A stretch of 30,506 nt of DNA from a virus (lineage: Duplodnaviria > Caudoviricetes), in IMG/VR virus record IMGVR_UViG_3300005521_000785, positions 1 to 30,506 of that record; one strand, 5' to 3'. The notes under the pieces were generated by a model. The model made no database searches and was not told where the DNA came from. It saw only the letters and a program-made list of their open reading frames with translations. Within the stretch, counting starts at the first letter, position 1. Each line of letters starts with the position of its first letter. Made by a program: the position numbers and the translations under genes. Shown here one piece after another: positions 24,667 through 30,506 of the stretch.

Positions 24667-25836
24667 ATGACAGAAAACGAAAACCAACAAGAATCAAATC
24701 AAGAAGAGGTTTCTTCTGATGTCGTAAAGTCAATGTATGATGAATCATTCGATATCTCAATGGAAGATTTAATGATTCCCGACGTGCAGGAGGAAGCCAC
24801 TAAAGGAAACATTGTTGAAGATAAGGTAGAAGGAGCTTTTAAGTTTTGCTTTTTGGGAGCAGGGCAAGGAGGCTCTAGGATCGCTGAATCTTTTAATAAA
24901 AAGGGTTATGAACGAGTAGCTGTTATAAATACCGCAGAGCAAGATTTAAATACTATTAACGTAAAAAATAAGCTTTTGATTGGAGAGGGTGGGGCTGGAA
25001 AAGACCCAGCGGTAGCAAAAAAATTATACCAAGAAAAAGAAAACGACATTTTAGATTTTATTCGTTATTCTTTCGGAGAAGAATTTGATCGTATTTTTGT
25101 ATGCGTTGGAGGTGGGGGAGGCACAGGCTCTGGACTCGCTACGAGCTTAGTGGATGCAAGTAAGGAAGTTTGCGAAGCTATGAAACTCCCCACTTCTAAG
25201 GTTGGCATGATATTGACTCTACCAAAAAATTCAGAAGGTAGGGGGGTATGCAACAACGCTTCGAATTTGCTAAGAGAGGTCATGGATCATGTGGATAGCG
25301 GAAAAATTTCGCCCCTCATTATAGTTGACAATGAAAGAGTCGCTAACCTATACCCAAATCTTCCAGTCTCTAAGTTTTGGGACGTTGCGAACGGAAGCAC
25401 TTCTGGGTTGTTTCACCTTTTTAATCATACAGCTTCTAAAGATAGTACTTATTCAAGTTTTGACGCTAATGATTATAAAAATGTTTTAGACTCTGGTTTG
25501 ATCGTTTTTGGAGCTTCACCAGTTAAAGATTGGCAAGATTCAATCGCTATCTCTAGGGCCGTTAGGGAGAATTTGAAGGGAAATTTATTGACGGGAGGTA
25601 TCGACTTAAGCCAAGGTTCTACCGCTGGAGCAATTGTTATAGGAGGAAAAGAGCAGCTAGATAATATAAAACAAATGGACCTCGACGATGCATTTTCTCA
25701 GTTATCTAGAATGTTGAAGCCAAATACTTTAGTTCATAGAGGAATTTACAGCGGTAATCAATCTGGACTTACTATATTTACTGTAATCGGAGGATTAGGA
25801 TTACCTCAAGAGAGATTAAAAAGTTTAGAGACGTGA
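24667..25836 (+). CDS. FtsZ/tubulin-superfamily GTPase (phage tubulin)
   Basis: GAGQGGSRI (T1), INTAEQDL (T2), GAGKDP (T3), GGGGGTGSG signature (T4), LP..SEG (T5), IVDN (T6), FDAND (T7); AAGGAG SD upstream. Confidence 0.92.
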   Translation: MTENENQQESNQEEVSSDVVKSMYDESFDISMEDLMIPDVQEEATKGNIVEDKVEGAFKFCFLGAGQGGSRIAESFNKKGYERVAVINTAEQDLNTINVKNKLLIGEGGAGKDPAVAKKLYQEKENDILDFIRYSFGEEFDRIFVCVGGGGGTGSGLATSLVDASKEVCEAMKLPTSKVGMILTLPKNSEGRGVCNNASNLLREVMDHVDSGKISPLIIVDNERVANLYPNLPVSKFWDVANGSTSGLFHLFNHTASKDSTYSSFDANDYKNVLDSGLIVFGASPVKDWQDSIAISRAVRENLKGNLLTGGIDLSQGSTAGAIVIGGKEQLDNIKQMDLDDAFSQLSRMLKPNTLVHRGIYSGNQSGLTIFTVIGGLGLPQERLKSLET

Positions 25837-25882
25837 GTAGCGTTCTCTGGAAAGTAAAGGAAAATAAACAGGAAAAAAAGTT

Positions 25883-26086
25883 ATGGCAGATAATAATATT
25901 AAACCAGGTTGGAAAACTACCGAATTCTGGATTACAGTCGTCGTCTCGGCCTGTTCTCTATTGTGGGGAGCAGATGTGCTAGACCCAGAAGCCGCTGGTA
26001 CAGCTAATAAAATCTTCGGATTTGTAGTCGCTGCACTTAGTAGCCTTGGATACTCTGTGTCCAGAGGTATGGCGAAAAAGGGCTAG
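25883..26086 (+). CDS. Two-TM holin-like membrane protein (67 aa)
   Basis: KPGWKTTEFW then two hydrophobic segments and a basic C-terminus (RGMAKKG). Confidence 0.6.
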   Translation: MADNNIKPGWKTTEFWITVVVSACSLLWGADVLDPEAAGTANKIFGFVVAALSSLGYSVSRGMAKKG

Positions 26087-26089
26087 TCT

Positions 26090-26269
26090 ATGTGGGTAGC
26101 CTTTATAAAGGCCCTGTTAGATTGGCTTACCGCGCTCGTTAAAGAAGACACTAAGGCGAGCGACGCCGACGGCACACCTAAGTCCCTAAAGGACAGGTGG
26201 CGAAGAAGGATAGAAGAACAGGAAAAAAAATCCAAAGAAAATGAAGAAGACATTAATACTTCTGAGTAG
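26090..26269 (+). CDS. 59-aa protein, possible i-spanin-like (not in ORF track)
   Basis: Translated by hand: MWVAFIKALLDWLTALVKEDTKASDADGTPKSLKDRWRRRIEEQEKKSKENEEDINTSE. Starts 3 nt after the holin-like stop and overlaps the next gene by 29 nt. Confidence 0.6.
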   Translation: MWVAFIKALLDWLTALVKEDTKASDADGTPKSLKDRWRRRIEEQEKKSKENEEDINTSE

Positions 26270-26459
26270 TTTTTTATTTTTTGTAGGCTGTGGTTCTACC
26301 AGAGTAGTATTTGTTGATACTAGCTCTGACCTTGTAAGAATTGGTCCTAAGGTAGAAGGTAGAGTTTACATAATGAAAAACGGAGAATGGGTCCTCTCTA
26401 AGAGTAAAGTAAAAATACCAGAAGGCTGGTACGCGGGAGGTCTGCCCAGAGAAGAATAG
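26241..26459 (+). CDS. Small lipoprotein, possible o-spanin-like (72 aa)
   Basis: MKKTLILLSSFLFFVG-C lipobox signal; start lies inside the upstream ORF. Confidence 0.65.
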   Translation: MKKTLILLSSFLFFVGCGSTRVVFVDTSSDLVRIGPKVEGRVYIMKNGEWVLSKSKVKIPEGWYAGGLPREE

Positions 26460-26474
26460 TTTTTTTAAAAAAAC
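26459..26474. repeat. 16-bp perfect palindrome
   Basis: GTTTTTTTAAAAAAAC directly at the end of the lipoprotein gene; low complexity. Confidence 0.5.
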
Positions 26475-26504
26475 ATAGGCAGTTGTCAAGAAGCTTCATC
26501 TTTT

Positions 26505-26515
26505 GGTGTATTTAC
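26505..26515 (+). promoter_or_regulatory. RGTGTAWWW motif, candidate phage late promoter
   Basis: GGTGTATTTAC; core 13 nt before ATG 26524. Confidence 0.5.
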
Positions 26516-26523
26516 ATTAAGGG

Positions 26524-27072
26524 ATGAAGCTTTTTTTTATATTTTTATTAATTAATTTAGCTACTGGATGTGGTTTGCTTCAATCTATATCTGAGAATTC
26601 TCTGTACTGTAAAGAGAGAGCTATGGCAAAAGACCCTCTTCATGTTTGGAGTTGTGGGCCAGAAGCTTTATATGACGTAATTCATTATATGAAAATAGAC
26701 CCATTTGTAACGAGGGAAAAAATTAGCAACCACATACAGACAAGTAGCATTTTGCCGATAAGAGGAGCTCTTTCTATCTTTAATGAAAAAGCTAGAAATA
26801 TAACTTTTCCTCAAGAGATGCTGGGAGTATTAAAAGTATATAACATATCTGCAATCAAGAAAAAGAGCTTAAACGAAATAAAGAGAAATGAATCTGCTAT
26901 TGTTCTGATAAGAGACAAGAATTCGCTTTTTAGTTATCATTGGATTTTTTACCCAAAGCATTCTCTTCGGCGTATAGGGAGTTTTTTTGGTGTAGATTCT
27001 ACAGATATCGTAAGTGTCTACATATTAAAGAATAATAATGATGATTATTTTCTTTCTAACCACCTACCATAG
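26524..27072 (+). CDS. Putative lipoprotein with C39-like (papain-fold) cysteine peptidase domain
   Basis: Signal ending LATG-C; SCGPEAL catalytic-Cys motif; AIVLI...YHWI His motif. Confidence 0.6.
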   Translation: MKLFFIFLLINLATGCGLLQSISENSLYCKERAMAKDPLHVWSCGPEALYDVIHYMKIDPFVTREKISNHIQTSSILPIRGALSIFNEKARNITFPQEMLGVLKVYNISAIKKKSLNEIKRNESAIVLIRDKNSLFSYHWIFYPKHSLRRIGSFFGVDSTDIVSVYILKNNNDDYFLSNHLP

Positions 27073-27698
27073 TACAGCTTGGGCCAGCTAAGTCTCATTT
27101 CGGATTCCACTTCTCCCTGCCAGAGTTTACTTTCTTTTGGAGTGTTCATTTCAAACCCTCGTGGTTTATGCCACGCTGCTTTCTTTATAAATTCTAGTGC
27201 GTCGGCTGTTCCCCATACTTTTTGATTTGGCCAGTGACCAACGCCGTTTTTTATTGGTCCAAGGGCCTTATAAAGCTCGTTTAGAGTAGGTTTATCAAAA
27301 TGAATAAACGGAATACGTGATGGGACGCATTGAGGAATATGGACGGGGTTAAAGTCAGACATTTTGATTGGCGGTTTATAATGTTCGATGTGTTTGTATC
27401 CAACTATCACTTTATTTGTCTTATAAGTTCCATCGTCAGGAACATAATCTTTGATTATTGGGACAGGTGGGCGATAAGGATAATGATGGAAATAAACCCG
27501 ATCATCAGCAGTCTGAAGGATGATTCCTTTAGCGGAAGGAGAGTCGTCGAGCACGAACCTAATTGAGACGTTATTTAATACAGTTCCGTCTTTGAATGCA
27601 ATTCGTGGCATACGATAGCGCGTTTTATCAGTGTTAAACTGAGCAATGCATACATTAGTCAACAGGATTAAGATAAGTACTTCAGTCAGTCTTTTCAT
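27045..27698 (-). CDS. Secreted hypothetical protein (217 aa)
   Basis: N-terminal signal peptide MKRLTEVLILILLTNVCIA; Pro-rich; own promoter; 28-nt tail-to-tail overlap with the upstream gene. Confidence 0.7.
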   Translation of the reverse strand: MKRLTEVLILILLTNVCIAQFNTDKTRYRMPRIAFKDGTVLNNVSIRFVLDDSPSAKGIILQTADDRVYFHHYPYRPPVPIIKDYVPDDGTYKTNKVIVGYKHIEHYKPPIKMSDFNPVHIPQCVPSRIPFIHFDKPTLNELYKALGPIKNGVGHWPNQKVWGTADALEFIKKAAWHKPRGFEMNTPKESKLWQGEVESEMRLSWPKLYYGRWLERK

Positions 27699-27707
27699 TA
27701 TGTATAC

Positions 27708-27736
27708 ATTGTATTTCTTTTCTTGGAAAAAGTAAA
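27708..27736 (-). promoter_or_regulatory. sigma70-like promoter, near-leaderless
   Basis: Minus strand TTTACT (27736-27731), 17 nt, TACAAT (27713-27708); ATG 9 nt downstream. TTTACTTTTTCCA resembles the early TTGACTTTTTCCA. Confidence 0.65.
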
Positions 27737-27801
27737 GCTTTTTTTTACTTGTATTCTTTTTTATTTAAATTAAAATTATTTATTTTAAATGAAGTCTTTT
27801 A

Positions 27802-27812
27802 AGTGTATTAAT
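27802..27812 (+). promoter_or_regulatory. RGTGTAWWW motif, candidate phage late promoter
   Basis: AGTGTATTAAT; core 11 nt before the in-frame GTG 27819. Confidence 0.45.
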
Positions 27813-27818
27813 GTTCGC

Positions 27819-28352
27819 GTGAGTTCTGAAGACCTAGAGAAAGAAAAGGAAAAGATAGACCCTCAAGAGAGGGCTATTTTATACTCTAATAACCTCTTAA
27901 AGGCTTTTGACGGTAAAGCTAATGAGTTTAATGAGCTTCACGAACAGAAAGTAACCCCCAGTCAAATTAAATCAGTTTATTTAAATGCTGTTTCTCTACG
28001 GCTAAACCCAGATGTTAAAAACCTATATGCTTTCGCCAGAATAAATCTTTTTTTTGACATGCTTACTGGTAAGGAAGCTTTCCTGACGGGCGTCTATCCT
28101 CAATCAGAACCTCTGGAGGAAAAGACTGTAGGTTTGGTGTTTGAACTCGTTGATGTTAGGAATATTAGTCGGGGTAAAGAAATAGAAAAACCTATAGATT
28201 TTTTTGAGCAATATTCTATGGTTGAAAATCATTTTTCTCAAGCAAGGGAAGACCTAGTTAAGTATGATGTTGATTTTGTGTTAAGTTCAGCAGATGACGA
28301 ATTGTTCTTAACTAAAAATAAAAAATGCAACTATTTATGGGAGATTTTATGA
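27819..28352 (+). CDS. Hypothetical head-module protein
   Basis: ORF track 27789..28352; GTG 27819 preferred because of the motif position; ATGA-coupled to the protease gene. Confidence 0.65.
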   Translation: MSSEDLEKEKEKIDPQERAILYSNNLLKAFDGKANEFNELHEQKVTPSQIKSVYLNAVSLRLNPDVKNLYAFARINLFFDMLTGKEAFLTGVYPQSEPLEEKTVGLVFELVDVRNISRGKEIEKPIDFFEQYSMVENHFSQAREDLVKYDVDFVLSSADDELFLTKNKKCNYLWEIL

Positions 28353-29866
28353 AAAAACACGAATATACTACATCTTTTAGCTCTACGGTTAAACCTTTAG
28401 TATCAGAGCAGAAGGATGAAATTTTAGCAATAGCAAGCCTAGAAGAGATTGGAAAATTCTTGCCAGAAATTGACACTGACAAAAATGTGGATTTATTGCC
28501 AATTGCATTTAACGCTTGCGTCGTAAATAGAGCTAATAAGAATGGCGATGTGATCGATGCAAATACTGCAATTGATGTATATGGGTCATTTATAAACAAA
28601 CCAATTAACATAGAACATAATAGAGAGAGATTAATCGGAGTTATCTTAACTGCTGGATTTAGTGAGTTCGGTACAGATATTCCGATAGAGGCAGAAGAGG
28701 TAGTTGAAAGGACTGATCCGTTTAATATCACTCTGGGAGGAGTGGTTTGGAAGGCTGTAAACTTGGAATTAGCAGACAAAATAGAAGACTCAAGCGATCC
28801 TTCTAGCGAGAGTTTTATGAAAGTTTCAGCTAGTTGGGAGCTTGGTTTTACTGATTATGAAATAGCTATAGTATCTGAAGGAAAAAATATAGCGGACGCT
28901 GAAATTGTTTCTGCGGAAAAAGATGTAGACGCATTAAAGCAATACCTTAAGGGCTTTGGGGGTTCTGGAGTACTTGAAGACGGAAGAAGCGCGTATAGAA
29001 AAGTCATCAATGACGTTGTTGCTCTTGGTATAGGACTAACAGTAAACCCAGCCGCAGACGTCAAAGGGTTAATAAGTCCAAAAACGATTAAAGAAGATAA
29101 TCAAGAAGAATTTCTGGAAAAAGAAGCCAAATCATCCGAATCGGAGGAAAAAATGCAGAAAACAGAAAAAAACAGTTCACAAACTATGGAAAAAAATGTA
29201 GCAAATAACAAAGGTAAAGTCATGAAAATTAATAGTACTAAAGATATTTCGGACGAAAACCTCCAAGAGCTTACAGCCTCTCACATTGCGGAGTTGATTG
29301 AGTCAGAACTCAAGACGGCTTCAGAGAAATACGCTGAAGAAAAACGGGAGGTTGAGACTCAGCTCCAAGCTGCTCAAGATCAGGCGACAGCCCTTGAGGA
29401 AGACCAAGAAAAGCTCAAGGCAGATTTTAACGCTGTTAAAGAAGAGTTAGAGAAACTTAACTCTGAAATAGCAGCGAAAGAAGCTGAAGATAAGTTTAAT
29501 CAACGCATGTCTATGTTCGATGATACTTACGAACTTTCAGATAAAGATCGTGAAGTTATCGCCTCCGAACTAAAAGATATGAACGATGAGACTTTCGAAG
29601 CTTACGCCAGTAAAATGGCAATTCTTCTGAGTGCGAAGAGCAAAGAGCAAATTGCTAAGCTGGAGGTTGAGAAATCTACAGAAGAGCAAGAGGCTAAAGC
29701 TTCAGAAGAAAACAAAGAAGCTTCTAACGAAGTTTTAGAAGAAGCTATTTCTCAGGCCGAAGAGGAGAAGGAAGAGATTCCTGCGTCCGCAGAGGCATCT
29801 GAGCAAACTGTATATGACAAATACAAACAAGCTTTTGATATCGACCAGTTCGACGTAAAGCTTTAA
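28349..29866 (+). CDS. Prohead maturation protease fused to coiled-coil scaffold
   Basis: NKNGD, PINIEH (His), ASWE (Ser), IGLTVNPAA; Glu/Ala/Lys-rich coiled-coil C-terminal half. Start 28349 has a GGAG SD and ATGA overlap. Confidence 0.82.
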   Translation: MKKHEYTTSFSSTVKPLVSEQKDEILAIASLEEIGKFLPEIDTDKNVDLLPIAFNACVVNRANKNGDVIDANTAIDVYGSFINKPINIEHNRERLIGVILTAGFSEFGTDIPIEAEEVVERTDPFNITLGGVVWKAVNLELADKIEDSSDPSSESFMKVSASWELGFTDYEIAIVSEGKNIADAEIVSAEKDVDALKQYLKGFGGSGVLEDGRSAYRKVINDVVALGIGLTVNPAADVKGLISPKTIKEDNQEEFLEKEAKSSESEEKMQKTEKNSSQTMEKNVANNKGKVMKINSTKDISDENLQELTASHIAELIESELKTASEKYAEEKREVETQLQAAQDQATALEEDQEKLKADFNAVKEELEKLNSEIAAKEAEDKFNQRMSMFDDTYELSDKDREVIASELKDMNDETFEAYASKMAILLSAKSKEQIAKLEVEKSTEEQEAKASEENKEASNEVLEEAISQAEEEKEEIPASAEASEQTVYDKYKQAFDIDQFDVKL

Positions 29867-29890
29867 TTTTAAATACGGAGAAAAAATATT

Positions 29891-30442
29891 ATGGCAGTAA
29901 CATTAAGACCATTTAGAGATTACGACGAGAAGGATGTAATTAACTTATATCACTTCTCGGGATCAATCCCTGCAACCAAAGGACTTTTGGTTAAGATTCA
30001 GGGCAACGGGTGGGTCTCGTCTGACGAGATCGCCATGCTTGGCAGTGTCGGTAATTCTTACAGCAATACAGTTTCAGAACGCTATGGCGTTGAGGCTGCT
30101 GTAACAACTGCTGGCGCGGCAGATTCCCCGATGGGAATGATGCTTTTCGATGTTAAGGAAACTGACGAAAACGGTGAGAAACTTGTATTTAATCCTCGCA
30201 AAGCTGCGGAGATGGATATTGTTTTGAGCGGACAAGCAGTTCCCGTCGTTACTAGAGGAATATTCCTTTATAGCGGAACTCAACTAGCGTCTGACGCCCC
30301 AACGGCTGGACAAAATTTGTACTGTGGTGCAAACGGTGAAATTATCACTGGCAACCCAGGTAGTGCTAATACCAAGGTGGGACGTGCTTTAGGCACGAAG
30401 GATAGCGATGGAGTTATCCTGATCAGCCTTGATTGTAGCTAA
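29891..30442 (+). CDS. Head decoration / capsid cement protein
   Basis: 183 aa, Gly/Ala/Val-rich beta pattern (VPVVTRG, TAGQNLYCGANGEI, KVGRALG), between scaffold and putative capsid gene; GGAG SD. Confidence 0.7.
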   Translation: MAVTLRPFRDYDEKDVINLYHFSGSIPATKGLLVKIQGNGWVSSDEIAMLGSVGNSYSNTVSERYGVEAAVTTAGAADSPMGMMLFDVKETDENGEKLVFNPRKAAEMDIVLSGQAVPVVTRGIFLYSGTQLASDAPTAGQNLYCGANGEIITGNPGSANTKVGRALGTKDSDGVILISLDCS

Positions 30443-30467
30443 ACTACTTTTACTGGAGAAATTTAAA

Positions 30468-30506
30468 ATGAGATTAACTTTAAAAGAAACCCCAGAACAG
30501 GTGGAG
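30468..30506 (+). CDS. 5' end of probable major capsid protein (MRLTLKETPEQVE..., truncated)
   Basis: GGAG SD then ATG, open to the window end; identity inferred from gene order only. Confidence 0.55.
   Translation, partial: MRLTLKETPEQVE

Noticed and set aside
24655-24669. Portal-tubulin translational fusion (genes are in frame)
   Set aside because: They are separated by a double TAA TAA stop, and the tubulin has its own AAGGAG SD.
24667-25836. Calling the GTPase a bacterial ftsZ or phuZ
   Set aside because: No dcw-cluster context, no C-terminal linker/CCTP, and no PhuZ-type tail; left without a gene symbol.
4018-26459. TAG recoding (genetic code 15), prompted by in-frame TAG junctions at 15537, 20857 and 26086
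   Set aside because: Conserved genes are full length in code 11. TAG ends genes at their expected C-termini, and other TAG stops (4020, 10345, 19914) are followed by out-of-frame starts.
1504-28348. Longest-ORF starts at 1504, 3079, 4769, 27789 and 28325
   Set aside because: Downstream starts (1543, 3109, 4808, 27819, 28349) fit domain boundaries, ATGA coupling, SD or motif position better.
2365-30283. Numerous 60-155 aa antisense ORFs in the track (e.g. 4317..4676, 18801..19148, 28312..28779, and 17207..17470 on +)
   Set aside because: They are shadows of well-supported genes on the opposite strand, with no motifs or initiation signals.
1-30506. tRNA, tmRNA, rRNA, CRISPR array or IS element
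   Set aside because: No T-loop/acceptor-stem pattern, regularly spaced repeats or transposase/integrase seen by eye.

Overview
The window is a segment of a large, AT-rich tailed dsDNA phage genome (Caudoviricetes-type) in the standard genetic code, almost all on the + strand. It has four blocks. (1) 1-1331: a hairpin-rich non-coding stretch, then six very small ORFs behind sigma70-like promoters that are probably leaderless; a C/G-tract boundary region (1331-1500) follows. (2) 1543-15537: a ~14 kb, 17-gene glycan biosynthesis cluster with RmlA, RmlB, an NRS/ER-type RmlD, a DegT aminotransferase, a GNAT, two NeuB paralogues, NeuA, an SDR, two Fe(II)/2OG oxygenases, a CE4 deacetylase, a Maf/GT42-like protein and several GT-A-like proteins. 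It is followed by PhoH and an inverted GT2-TPR gene. (3) 17759-24663: Zn-ribbon protein, Cys-rich sigma factor, candidate small terminase, C2H2-ERCC4 nuclease, large terminase and portal. (4) 24667-30506: a tail-less FtsZ/tubulin GTPase directly after the portal, a holin/spanin-like trio, a lipoprotein C39-like peptidase, prohead protease-scaffold, head decoration protein and the probable start of the major capsid gene. The most notable signals are the tubulin embedded in the head module, the phage nonulosonate/deoxysugar pathway with a degenerate second NeuB, a recurrent RGTGTAWWW motif that may be the promoter of the phage sigma factor, and a candidate structured RNA at the left edge. All calls come from motif recognition by eye; no database searches were run.
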